Source: a virus. From it: a stretch of DNA of 64,000 nt. Positions within the stretch are counted from its first letter, which is position 1. Each line of letters begins with the position of its first letter. The translations under genes were made by a program, and so were the position numbers. This document shows positions 39,073 to 49,588 of the stretch, in pieces. The DNA is taken from positions 1-64,000 of IMG/VR virus record IMGVR_UViG_3300045972_000146, one strand, 5' to 3'. Below the pieces are notes generated by a model. That model was given only the letters and a program-made list of their open reading frames with translations. It was not told where the DNA came from and did no database searches.

Positions 39073-40296
39073 ATGATTATCAAATCAGATAACAAAAATA
39101 CGTATTTAATTACCCCAGAAGAAACAAAACAATTCTTAGGAATTAATACAAATAAGACAATTCTTATTGACAAACAAAGTTTAGAATTTATTATCGAAGA
39201 AGCGGGACCCGGCATTTTGGCAACAAAATGGGTTGATGAAGAAATCGATGGACGTAAATTCCGAAAGGTCAAAAAAGAAATTGTATCAACGTTTGGAGAC
39301 CTACTCCTTGAAGAGTATAAATCAACAAGCAAAATTTACGAAACTTTGAGTAAAAAATTCATTAATACCTCCGGTGTTTCTGATGTATTCAAAAACGCAT
39401 TGGCCAACGACATGAATCTTGTGTTATTTGGTAAAGGCGGATTTGGTAAATCTGAAATGTGCGGTGAATTATTCGGATGTTCAGAATTGAAAGATCGTGT
39501 TTTTATTAAATCACTATCAGAAGCTACAACGGAAGAGGACCTGTTCGGAGGTATAAATGTTAAAAAGATGACAGATACTGGAGTAATCGAGTATAACTGC
39601 GAGAATTCCTTTGCAAATAAGGAAATTGTCATTTTTGAAGAAATTTTTGATGCTAATCCCCGTGTATTAGCTGCACTCAAAGATACTTTGACCTCGAAAG
39701 AGATACGAAACGGAAACCAACGATTCCCAATCAAAACCAAAATTATTATTGGTCTAACTAATAAGACTTATGATGAGGTTATTGAAGACGATTCGACAGA
39801 AGCGTTAACACAACGTTTCCCTGTTTCATACAAATTGCAATACGATATGACCAAGCTGGATACAGCAGGGTTGATATTAAACCGTTATCCAGATTTCGAT
39901 GGACGCAAGTTAGCCTCTATCCTTGATACTCTCAAGGAAATGTCAGACCTAACTCCGCGTAAAGTCCTTGAAATGTCTAAATACATTAAGGATCTGGAAA
40001 TCATTAAAACAAAGAACTATTCTGAAAAGATTACCAATAATATGATGACTCCGGTTATCAATTATTTGAAAAACAAATCAGTAATTGACTTTAATAAAAT
40101 TCTATTTGATTCGATTGTGAATGCAGGCTCAGCAATTAAGGCGGAAGACGTAAGAGATTACGACTCGTTTGTTGATACTAATCGCTGTCTTGAGATCATT
40201 AAGAATTCTAAAGTTGGCGGACTTGGCGTTTCAAATAACGTAAAAATGGAAATCGAGGAATTCTTCGGAGTTTTGAACAAAAAACTTGCTGCATAA
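39073..40296 (+). CDS. MoxR-family AAA+ ATPase
   Basis: GKGGFGKS, TTEEDLFG, VIFEEIF, TN, EALTQRF. Confidence 0.85.
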   Translation: MIIKSDNKNTYLITPEETKQFLGINTNKTILIDKQSLEFIIEEAGPGILATKWVDEEIDGRKFRKVKKEIVSTFGDLLLEEYKSTSKIYETLSKKFINTSGVSDVFKNALANDMNLVLFGKGGFGKSEMCGELFGCSELKDRVFIKSLSEATTEEDLFGGINVKKMTDTGVIEYNCENSFANKEIVIFEEIFDANPRVLAALKDTLTSKEIRNGNQRFPIKTKIIIGLTNKTYDEVIEDDSTEALTQRFPVSYKLQYDMTKLDTAGLILNRYPDFDGRKLASILDTLKEMSDLTPRKVLEMSKYIKDLEIIKTKNYSEKITNNMMTPVINYLKNKSVIDFNKILFDSIVNAGSAIKAEDVRDYDSFVDTNRCLEIIKNSKVGGLGVSNNVKMEIEEFFGVLNKKLAA

Positions 40297-41492
40297 TGAT
40301 AGCTGGTAATAATGCATACAAATGCTTTACGGACATTAAGTATAACCTTAGTGATGAGGCGATTAACAAAATTATTAAAACAAAAAAAGCACTGAAATCG
40401 GAAATAACAAAGGTGGAAAAGGAATTCAATCCATTTTCTGGAAAGCCGATGACGGAAGCAATGATGCAAGAGAAGGCCTCTCTTGATTTTATGTATAAGA
40501 ATTTTGAAAGTCAAATTATCCCAAGTATATATAACAGTGTTGACGGTTATGATACGCAAACTTCTTTCTATCAACAAAATGATGGAACGCCAATCGAGAC
40601 TCTAAAAGGAGTGTCTCGCACCTTAGATACAATATCAAGAGGAGCGAAATATGAAAATGGAACTACGCTCGAAAAATCAATCAATGCCTTGTACGATCAG
40701 TATAAACACATTGCGGTTAGCGAACCAACTGAAAAAGAAATTGAACAGGAAGGAAAGGCGATATCTAAAAATACCAAAAGCATAGAGAATGAGGATGCCG
40801 ACCCTAGTGGTAACGACAACCCCATGAAAAATATGGCTGGTTATAAGCAACTCGAAGAGTGGCTAAAGAAAATGAAAGGAGATGATAGTAAAAAGAAGAG
40901 ATTCATGCAAATGCAAAAAATGTCTGATTTACAAAAAGTTTCTGTAGTTGAATTTGTGAAACCAAAAGCGTTGTTAATGAAAAAAATTGTTAACAAAGAA
41001 TTGTACTGTAAACAAACCTCACCAAGTGAGCGTTTCATGCATATTATGACCGACCTTTCTGGAAGTATGGGTGATTATCATACGTGGAGAAATCTACTAT
41101 TGACGAGAACATATGAAGAATGTGTAAGCATAGGTATAAATGTTGCGACTGAGTTTTGGCATACAAGTTTGTACACTTCGGGCAAAAATAGTCCACAAAA
41201 GATACGATCAAAAATGGATTTGGAAAATAAAGCATTAAGTATACGTCCTGGCGGAAGCGACAGAATGGGTTACTGTGCATTGCAAAAACTACAATCCCTT
41301 CAAAGAAAGAATGCAAAGCAATACATTTTATGTATATCTGACGGAACTGGATCTATCGATGATCGAGAACAGGCAGAAGAAATAGAACGTATGGCAATTG
41401 AAAAAAACATTGAGATAAAGTTTGCTTTGTTCTCAAAAAATAACGACATGAATGGAACAAAAAAAGAAAATATATTCTACATTTATGACTAA
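40296..41492 (+). CDS. von Willebrand factor A domain protein
   Basis: MIDAS DLSGSM, PGGS and ISDG; coupled to the MoxR ATPase. Confidence 0.85.
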   Translation: MIAGNNAYKCFTDIKYNLSDEAINKIIKTKKALKSEITKVEKEFNPFSGKPMTEAMMQEKASLDFMYKNFESQIIPSIYNSVDGYDTQTSFYQQNDGTPIETLKGVSRTLDTISRGAKYENGTTLEKSINALYDQYKHIAVSEPTEKEIEQEGKAISKNTKSIENEDADPSGNDNPMKNMAGYKQLEEWLKKMKGDDSKKKRFMQMQKMSDLQKVSVVEFVKPKALLMKKIVNKELYCKQTSPSERFMHIMTDLSGSMGDYHTWRNLLLTRTYEECVSIGINVATEFWHTSLYTSGKNSPQKIRSKMDLENKALSIRPGGSDRMGYCALQKLQSLQRKNAKQYILCISDGTGSIDDREQAEEIERMAIEKNIEIKFALFSKNNDMNGTKKENIFYIYD

Positions 41493-41870
41493 TATTAGCC
41501 ATTTAAATGAGAATGCAGACGATGATGATGGACTACATTAATTAATATTACTAGTCCTCATTTATAATTAAAAAACAGCCTATTAGCATAACATTGACAA
41601 TGCGTATTTTGCCTGTGTAGTTGGCTTTCGGACCTCCTGTTGCTGTATATGAGAATAATTCGTTATTCAATAAGATACCCAGCGTCCATATGAATATATT
41701 ACTACCTTCGTACGATAAACCGGGAGTGTGTCCCGGATAGGTTTCTAATGCATATTTATATGCAAACAATATTTAGTACTGGCATGCTAGATTGAAAAAG
41801 GGTTAGCCAAACAATGATAGAGGTGTCTGCGAAGATATCTCTATCATAATATTACAACTAAAACAAAAGA

Positions 41871-42872
41871 ATGGAAATTAAAATACCATATTACGAAGAT
41901 AATTCTCGTATCTCCAATTCGTCTTTAGGATGGTTTAAGATTAGTCCTAAATACTTTAAAGGTAGATTAGATGGTACTGAGAGTTTCGAAACAACAAAAG
42001 CAATGGAAAATGGGACAATGACCCACATGTACTTGCTACAACCAGATGAATATAAGAAAACTTATAAGATTTTAAACTTCACAACACCAACTTCCCCTCA
42101 ACAGAAAAAGTTCTGTCAGGACTATGTAAATAGCAAGGCCGTAGGGGCCAATTTAAAGGCCGCTGAGGCATTCAAAGCTAATTATAGCACAACTGGCAAG
42201 ACAGAGGAAGATAATGCCGTGAAGGGGCTAGAAATGGCCTTAAAGCTCGATTCTTATATCAAATGGCTGGAGACTGGAGGAGATGCAGGTAATACTATTA
42301 CTTGGAGCACCTCAAATCAACTGAAAATAACAAAAGAGAACGTCCAGCTTCATAAAAAAGCTAGCGATCTCTTATTTAATAACGGAAATTCACCAGAGTA
42401 TATTGCTCAGAATGAATTCCATATTAACTGGAATGTCAAATTACAAAATGGACATTTACTAGAGTGTAAATCTTTAATAGATAGACTTATAATTGACCAC
42501 GAAAACAAAGTAATAAAATTGGTAGATGTGAAAACAACTGCTGATGTTAATGCTTTTGCTTCTTCGTTCAAAAAGTATGACTATGGAAGACAAATGGCAT
42601 TCTACTGGATGGCTATAATTTGGTATTTCGACAATGAACTTAAAATAGATATTTCTGAATACAAAAGCGAAACATATATAGTTGCCATTCAAAATAATGG
42701 TAATTGCGCATGTAGAGTATTTAGCATACCAGAAGAATCTATTGTTGCTAAAACAACAGAACTAGCACAAATATTATCAGACATAGATTGGCATATGAGT
42801 CAAGATATGTGGGATTATACCAAAGAGTATTACGAAGGTGATGGTGTAGAATCATTACCTAATGAATATTAA
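41871..42872 (+). CDS. PD-(D/E)XK exonuclease (RecB/ExoVIII-like)
   Basis: ISNSSL, GTMTH, KSLIDRL...VDVKTT, YGRQMAFY. Confidence 0.85.
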   Translation: MEIKIPYYEDNSRISNSSLGWFKISPKYFKGRLDGTESFETTKAMENGTMTHMYLLQPDEYKKTYKILNFTTPTSPQQKKFCQDYVNSKAVGANLKAAEAFKANYSTTGKTEEDNAVKGLEMALKLDSYIKWLETGGDAGNTITWSTSNQLKITKENVQLHKKASDLLFNNGNSPEYIAQNEFHINWNVKLQNGHLLECKSLIDRLIIDHENKVIKLVDVKTTADVNAFASSFKKYDYGRQMAFYWMAIIWYFDNELKIDISEYKSETYIVAIQNNGNCACRVFSIPEESIVAKTTELAQILSDIDWHMSQDMWDYTKEYYEGDGVESLPNEY

Positions 42873-43401
42873 CGAAGATTGCAATTTATCAATGTTTCTA
42901 TTACTTCCACTTATATCTGTAGATGATATAACAGCAGAAGATATAATAGGAGGATATGAAGATGCATTAATGAATTCTTTCAGTTATGACATTAATAAGC
43001 CTTATTTAGACGATCATATACATTTAGTATTTGATAATTCTATGTTTAAGGAAAAAGATGTCGAACCAATAACCAAAAGGGACGAATTATGCTACATATC
43101 TCACTATCGATTATCTGGAGTTTACGTTAAAGTATATGCATTAAAGATATCAGACGAATTCGAATTAAGCAAAAGGCTTATTATGAATAACGATATATCA
43201 AGTTTAATGCCAGAAGTTAAGGCTAAGATATTCAAATTTTGGAATACCTCAGGAAGAACTAATTTATTTGATATTCTCTATAATGAGAAACCGTCAGACA
43301 AAGAAGTTTCAAAAGAGATACTTCCAGAAGAGGATTATATCGAAACTGAAACTATAGAATACGTAACGAACTTTTCACTAAGAAGTGATTGGGACTATTA
43401 A
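42862..43401 (+). CDS. Hypothetical protein, last gene of the rightward block
   Basis: 179-aa ORF. Confidence 0.7.
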   Translation: MNINEDCNLSMFLLLPLISVDDITAEDIIGGYEDALMNSFSYDINKPYLDDHIHLVFDNSMFKEKDVEPITKRDELCYISHYRLSGVYVKVYALKISDEFELSKRLIMNNDISSLMPEVKAKIFKFWNTSGRTNLFDILYNEKPSDKEVSKEILPEEDYIETETIEYVTNFSLRSDWDY

Positions 43402-43407
43402 TTATAT

Positions 43408-43450
43408 AAAAAATGCCAATAAAAGGAATTAGTCCTCTATTGGCATTTTT
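43408..43450. terminator. Bidirectional intrinsic terminator
   Basis: AAAAATGCCAATA-AAAGGA..TCCTC-TATTGGCATTTTT between convergent blocks. Confidence 0.8.
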
Positions 43451-43499
43451 AATTACATTTTTTTTGAGCTACTTTCTACTCCTTCCACCTAAACCGGCA

Positions 43500-46400
43500 T
43501 TACATGGTTTTCTTAACCTTTTTCAATTGTCGATTTATTTTACGCGTACTCCTTGATTTCCTTCTAGCTCTAATCTTTTGATCCTTCAAATCTTGTGGAG
43601 TTTCTTCATATCCAAGTGGCAAGTACTTATTCTCACCTCTATCTATCTCCATTTGTTTATTAAATCGTTCTTGTTCTAGCTTCTGTATAGCGTCCTTCTT
43701 GGCCCTCTGAGCCGGAGTCATTGCTATTTTTTCTACATTTGTAAAGATGACATTAATGTTTTTCTTTGAGAATGCTTCCCTTGCCTTTAAATCTGGCTTA
43801 ATGAATGTTTCGAAGTAATTCTTATAGGCTGGTGTTAATTTAATCAATGCCCTCTCAAGCTTAGTGTAATACTGATATCTTCCTTCCTGTATTCTATCGA
43901 ATAGAGTACCGTCTAACATACCACCAAAGATCTCACCTAATTGTTGAATTGCGGGTTGAGCTGCAGTAGGAGATTGGATCAATCCGTAAGCATCCATAGG
44001 AGATCTAACTGAACCAAGTTCTAATACATTTCTAAGTAAAATAGTGTATATAAACTGCTGCCATGATCTTTTTTTATCGTCATCGCTATCTCCAACCATA
44101 GATCCAGCTAATACAGCTGCAACCGAAACTAACATTAACCATTTTAAGTCACCAGATATCTTTCTGAAGTTATATAGCTGATCAGTAGAATATTTGTTTT
44201 TCATATCGCCCATCTTAAATCCAAGCGTATTGCCAAATTTAAAATGCATAGACTCTCCTACTTTCTCTGCCAAATAATCAAGTAATATCTTGCCTGACGA
44301 TCCAATATTGGTATAATCACCACTAGACCACGCTTGCTTTCTATAATTAAACTTTCTACTAGAAAATCTTTCTTCTGCAGCCACCTGCATAAACCCTCTA
44401 TGTAAGAAGAATGCTGAGGCAAATGCATCTGCGTGTAATTTACCTTTATCTGCAGCAGTTAGCGTGCCATCTAGTTTTCTAGCCAAGTCAGCAGCTACAG
44501 TTGTAGCATAATTTATAGAACTTTCAGACAAGCTACTAGCATATTTTGGATTAACCCTAAGCATATTATCTCTAACCTCAAATGCATCATACATATTCTC
44601 ATCGATAGCATCAAATACTATTTCTCCGTTAGATCTATTCCCTGGAAAGAATTCGCTTATAAACTGCTCTCTAGAATAGAACTGGCCATTATAAGGTTTA
44701 AAATTACTTAATACACCTACAAGCATAGCTCCTTTTGTTGCAAAGTCACCAGCAGTAAATGGACCATACCCAATAACCTTCGATACGTTCTTTAGTAATG
44801 TAGCTCCATGTAAATCCTTCATGTCTTCTAGATTTGACTTAGTTACACCAAACATCCTCATCATTGACAATAGTTTATTATGACTATATCCAGACAAATT
44901 CTTTGTTAATGCACTAGGAAGAGAAGCAATTACTTCTTTTTGACCTTTTAAATATCCATTATTATTCATCCATATACCGCAACTAGCTTCTACCTTTAGA
45001 TTTATCTGAGAAGCTACAGCATTGGACTGTATTGCAAATAAGTTTAAGAATAAGTTTATCTTTCTAACAAAATCGTTGATAATAGTATGCATTGGTTTTG
45101 CTAGTGAGAACTTATTCCCTCTCTCCCTAGTAGCACCGGTAGTAGTTATGCCCTTTTTACCTAATTTTATTGAATAGTCATTAGCTAATTGATCACTATA
45201 AACAGCAGAGGATACGAAATGAGATGCTCTACTGTACGTATTACTTTGCCCAGCTCCTTTTACTTCTCTATTCTCTTTATCAACTACTCTGGTTTGTTTT
45301 ATACCATCAAGCATTAATTCTATTTTCTCTGCATTTTCAGACATTTCTCTAAAATGAACAGCGGCTCTATAATATTCAGCAAATGATCCAAGCAAATCTC
45401 TAGAAATACTATCTCTATCTTCTAGCATTGTCCTATATTTAGTAGGAACAAATCTTACTTTGCTACCATCAGCTCTATGCAATCCAGCGGTATCGTAATC
45501 TCCATCTATATTATCGTACGGCATCCATCTAACTTGGTCAGCCATTGCCTCTCTGAATCCAGATAGAAATGTATCGCCTTTAGTGATTCTCTCTAAGAAC
45601 GTTCCAGGTATCTGGGCCAATCTATATTTAGATGGATTCTGTATATAGGAGTAATTAGAGTTGGCTACTTCATATGCATCCTTCAATTTATCATAGAATG
45701 CTTTAGATCTGGAGTCTTTCATTAGTTTATTATACTCCCTAGAATTATCATATTTACTTCTCTTTGGAACCATTCCGCCCTCAGACTCCTCTATATTGAA
45801 ATTCTTATTAATGAACTCAGAGCTCTGATCTACTTCAGACCACAATGTATTTGGCTCATTATAAATCATATTCTCATCCTTTGGAATCAACTTAGTCCAA
45901 TAAGAATATAACTGTCTATATCCATTTGCGTCTATATATGTAGTCCTATTGTCAAAATCAGATATAGAAGACGGATTAGTCAATGACTCTTGAGCTACAG
46001 CCCTTAAAGTCTTTTTGTATTCATCTGTTGGCTCTATTTTTGCAATATCTTTAAAGCCTAATCCATTCTTTGGTGGATGCTGTAATCTAGCAGTACTTAA
46101 TGCAATATCAATCTTTTTGATTTTATCTGCAAGAGTAGATCCTCCCTTAATGGTAGTATTTTCTAATATATATGCAGGTATCTCCATTGTGTCTGGATTT
46201 CTATATATATTTAGCAGGGATTTCCTTAGCTCGTATAATTCGTCATATATTGGAAGTTGAGGATTTTTTTCAATAGAGGTCAGTTTATCCCACCATTTTT
46301 GTTTATACGCTACTTTAGTATTATTTTTGAACCACGTATCAGCCTCTTCTTGGCTCATAGAACTTAATACATTCTTATATGTTTCTTCAAATAACTGATT

Positions 46401-49400
46401 TTTTAGGGAGTAGGTTAAGCCTTTATTTATCTTTTTATAGAATTCCGATATTTCATCTGCTATTATCCTATCTATAGACCCAGCCATCTTCTCTGTGCCA
46501 TCCATATATACTTTTGATGATAAGTTAGCTTTAGCCTGTTTAAGTGCCCTAAACTTACTTATATCAGCTTGAGTCATTAATCTAGTATCTATAAACCCTT
46601 GTTCATTCCTAAATCCAAGAACGAAACTAGATAATGTTTCTTTTGCATTATTTAATACTTCTGAAGCATCTGATGATAGTGATTTTTTAGCATCATAATA
46701 CTCTCTTGTAAACATTCTTTCAGCATTCTCTGATAAATAGTCATCTAACTCGTCATTATACGTTTTCAACTCAGATGGATCAGAAGGGACATCATATTTA
46801 CTCTTTAAATCATATTTTTTCTGCAAATACTTTCTAAAATCTTCTACATCCTTATTAAACTGACCTCTGAGCAGATCAGATAACATGTATCCAGTAGCCT
46901 TTCCATCTTTATTATGCTCCATGAACCTTTTGTAGGTTACGGTTGGATTAAATTTGCTTAATTCAGCAAAAGAATCTGCAAGCCCGCCAAGAACTCCGTC
47001 TATTTCTATCTCTCTAGTTATCTTAGATTGAATATCTACTACTGTTTTGTCTAATACTCTAAGCCTTTCGTCTTTCTTGTTCTGCAGACTACCGAAAAAT
47101 ACCCCAAGTGCGTGTAAGTCACTAGGGGCAACACTAAAATTCTTTAACAATTCCTTCATTGTCGGAGAACCAACTTCGTCTGCAACTTTTGCAGCCATCT
47201 TGCTCCATTCGTAATTAACCAATAAATTGGTAGTCTTATCTATATCTGTAAGAATTCTCTGTATTTCAGTATATTGATGTTGAATCTCCTTTATTTTTGA
47301 CATTGGAAGAGATACAAGTGGACCATAGTTCTTTAGATTTAGTATGGTATTGATAGCATGCATAGTACTATCATATAAAGGATGAAAGTCTCTTCGTATG
47401 TAGTTTATATCATCTGGTGATATCTCATCTCCTCTAGTCATTATATTCTTCATTTCATTAACAGATTTTGCAGACTTCAATACATCTCTATATGCAAACT
47501 CTACAAAACTCAATGCCGAACTAGCAATTTCATTAGATTTCAAGCTTCTAAGTAGGTTTTTCATTTCCTCAATAGTAGCTTGATCTGGACTCTTTCTTCT
47601 TTCTAATATCTTTATGTTTGCAGTTAAACCATTAATTGCGGTATGCAAGAAGTTATTGGCAGAACTAGACGACATTTCTATATCAGTAGGCAGTGAAGAT
47701 TCTTTCTGGCCTTGTTGAGGAGTAGATATTAATGCCGCAGCCTTTTTTAATCTAGATTTTCTACCAAATGAAGCTTTATTTGAAATTTCATCTTGGATAG
47801 GACTTAGTACAAAGTATCTTTCTCCATCAATTTCTCTTTCATATATAGCATCATCCTTAAACGCGGTAAGTAGTTGATTATATAATGTGTCATTCTTGCC
47901 TATAGCGATAAGCACTTCATTAAAACTAGACCTATCTAAGTTGGCAACGAGCGATTTAAGTATAAATGCAGTGTCTACTCTTTTGGTTTTGTCTTTAATT
48001 TCAATATCCTTGATCATTAAAGAATTTCCATTATCATATACGTCATAAATTGCAGCAGTATTGCCACTTGCATACTCAACAGATCTCTCTGCAAAATCTA
48101 CATACGATAATTTGGATAGTATATTCTTTCTTATGAACTCAGTATCATAGACGCCATTATCAATTATATTTTGTCTAGACAATTCGCCTGCTACATCATT
48201 GCTAAATTTTATAGCCTCTGATAATGTAATAGTTCTTTGTTCGAAATCTCTAAGCTTTTTTGGATCGAGTAAATCTAATACTTTGTTAACGTCATCTGCG
48301 ATCAAAGTTCTTTGGTACCCATCTATAAGACTAAGTTTATCTTCTCCATATAAAATCCAATTAGACAATCTATCTAGAGTAGTATTTGGTCTTAATTGTT
48401 CTATATCATTTCTTTTGCCAAATACGTCTTTAATAAAGTCAGTAAACGCCTTCCAGTATTCTCTTATAGTTCCTTTTAATCCAGGAGTCATAATCTTTTC
48501 TGCAGACTTATCCTCTAATGCTTTTATTATAAGCTCATCGAGTTTATCCGAATCAGAATAGTCTTTATATGATACTAACGAGCCAAATACATCTTTCTGA
48601 TGTCTTGCGGCCTCTAGCGCAAGCTGATTATATATATACTTAAGCTCTGGGTTGTTTTTAAGCATATTAAGGAATGGGTGACCAAACATCTCATGAATAG
48701 TAGTCTCTGCAGATAGTTCACTATCGATTAAATATGCAGTGTTTTCTTTTGCATTAAAAAATCCCAGTAGTCCATTTTTTCCAGTTATTTTATGGTTCTC
48801 AGTAACCCCTTCATTGAAAGCAGCAACTACTTGATCGTATGGAAGTATTTTAAACCCCATTCCAAATCTGGCATTAAACTTGTTAGCAATACCTGTAACT
48901 ACATTTATAGTAGAATTAGCCATTGGATTTTTAATTCCAATCTGAGACATCTTTAAAGTAGATCCAAATCCTATTTCGGTCTGATCATTCTTATCAACAA
49001 TTGGAGTTACTTTGGAAATCATATTCTGTCTTTCCTCCGCAGTAAATGGAGCGCTTTTAATCTCATTTAATGTCTTAACTGCACGATCATATGCAACTTG
49101 AGAAACGTTATCTTTTAATTTAAAAGTATATATGATCTTCTTACCTGAATCTGTATTTTCGGTACCAACTCTATCTATGGTTATATTTGAGTTAACATTT
49201 TTATCATACTTTCTCTTTATGGACTTAAATTGATCTTCGCTTATTGCAGTCATAGCCCTATCATTTCTACCAATGGCATCAGCAAGTTCTTTGTTTATCT
49301 CAGCAACCTTCTCGTTATACATAGACTCTAGTTCATTATCCAAACTAGGTTGTGGAGATGGAACTATTTGCTCTTCTATAATTTCGGCAGGACCCTGAAT

Positions 49401-49538
49401 ATCTTCTATCGTCGGCCATGACTCTAAGCCATTTTTACTCTGAAACGCAGCAGTTCTTATCTCCACTAATAATGGAGACAATCCTGACTCTTCTACAAGA
49501 CGTTGGAACGCCTTACTTTTAATATCTATACAATTCAT
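43500..49538 (-). CDS. Giant virion (ejected cargo) protein with zincin-like motif
   Basis: 2012 aa; TIHEMFGH motif; next to the virion RNAP as in crAss-like phages. Confidence 0.75.
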   Translation of the reverse strand: MNCIDIKSKAFQRLVEESGLSPLLVEIRTAAFQSKNGLESWPTIEDIQGPAEIIEEQIVPSPQPSLDNELESMYNEKVAEINKELADAIGRNDRAMTAISEDQFKSIKRKYDKNVNSNITIDRVGTENTDSGKKIIYTFKLKDNVSQVAYDRAVKTLNEIKSAPFTAEERQNMISKVTPIVDKNDQTEIGFGSTLKMSQIGIKNPMANSTINVVTGIANKFNARFGMGFKILPYDQVVAAFNEGVTENHKITGKNGLLGFFNAKENTAYLIDSELSAETTIHEMFGHPFLNMLKNNPELKYIYNQLALEAARHQKDVFGSLVSYKDYSDSDKLDELIIKALEDKSAEKIMTPGLKGTIREYWKAFTDFIKDVFGKRNDIEQLRPNTTLDRLSNWILYGEDKLSLIDGYQRTLIADDVNKVLDLLDPKKLRDFEQRTITLSEAIKFSNDVAGELSRQNIIDNGVYDTEFIRKNILSKLSYVDFAERSVEYASGNTAAIYDVYDNGNSLMIKDIEIKDKTKRVDTAFILKSLVANLDRSSFNEVLIAIGKNDTLYNQLLTAFKDDAIYEREIDGERYFVLSPIQDEISNKASFGRKSRLKKAAALISTPQQGQKESSLPTDIEMSSSSANNFLHTAINGLTANIKILERRKSPDQATIEEMKNLLRSLKSNEIASSALSFVEFAYRDVLKSAKSVNEMKNIMTRGDEISPDDINYIRRDFHPLYDSTMHAINTILNLKNYGPLVSLPMSKIKEIQHQYTEIQRILTDIDKTTNLLVNYEWSKMAAKVADEVGSPTMKELLKNFSVAPSDLHALGVFFGSLQNKKDERLRVLDKTVVDIQSKITREIEIDGVLGGLADSFAELSKFNPTVTYKRFMEHNKDGKATGYMLSDLLRGQFNKDVEDFRKYLQKKYDLKSKYDVPSDPSELKTYNDELDDYLSENAERMFTREYYDAKKSLSSDASEVLNNAKETLSSFVLGFRNEQGFIDTRLMTQADISKFRALKQAKANLSSKVYMDGTEKMAGSIDRIIADEISEFYKKINKGLTYSLKNQLFEETYKNVLSSMSQEEADTWFKNNTKVAYKQKWWDKLTSIEKNPQLPIYDELYELRKSLLNIYRNPDTMEIPAYILENTTIKGGSTLADKIKKIDIALSTARLQHPPKNGLGFKDIAKIEPTDEYKKTLRAVAQESLTNPSSISDFDNRTTYIDANGYRQLYSYWTKLIPKDENMIYNEPNTLWSEVDQSSEFINKNFNIEESEGGMVPKRSKYDNSREYNKLMKDSRSKAFYDKLKDAYEVANSNYSYIQNPSKYRLAQIPGTFLERITKGDTFLSGFREAMADQVRWMPYDNIDGDYDTAGLHRADGSKVRFVPTKYRTMLEDRDSISRDLLGSFAEYYRAAVHFREMSENAEKIELMLDGIKQTRVVDKENREVKGAGQSNTYSRASHFVSSAVYSDQLANDYSIKLGKKGITTTGATRERGNKFSLAKPMHTIINDFVRKINLFLNLFAIQSNAVASQINLKVEASCGIWMNNNGYLKGQKEVIASLPSALTKNLSGYSHNKLLSMMRMFGVTKSNLEDMKDLHGATLLKNVSKVIGYGPFTAGDFATKGAMLVGVLSNFKPYNGQFYSREQFISEFFPGNRSNGEIVFDAIDENMYDAFEVRDNMLRVNPKYASSLSESSINYATTVAADLARKLDGTLTAADKGKLHADAFASAFFLHRGFMQVAAEERFSSRKFNYRKQAWSSGDYTNIGSSGKILLDYLAEKVGESMHFKFGNTLGFKMGDMKNKYSTDQLYNFRKISGDLKWLMLVSVAAVLAGSMVGDSDDDKKRSWQQFIYTILLRNVLELGSVRSPMDAYGLIQSPTAAQPAIQQLGEIFGGMLDGTLFDRIQEGRYQYYTKLERALIKLTPAYKNYFETFIKPDLKAREAFSKKNINVIFTNVEKIAMTPAQRAKKDAIQKLEQERFNKQMEIDRGENKYLPLGYEETPQDLKDQKIRARRKSRSTRKINRQLKKVKKTM

Positions 49539-49588
49539 TTTATATGTTTACGCGCGAACGCATCGTTTTATAACATTTAATTTGCTTC

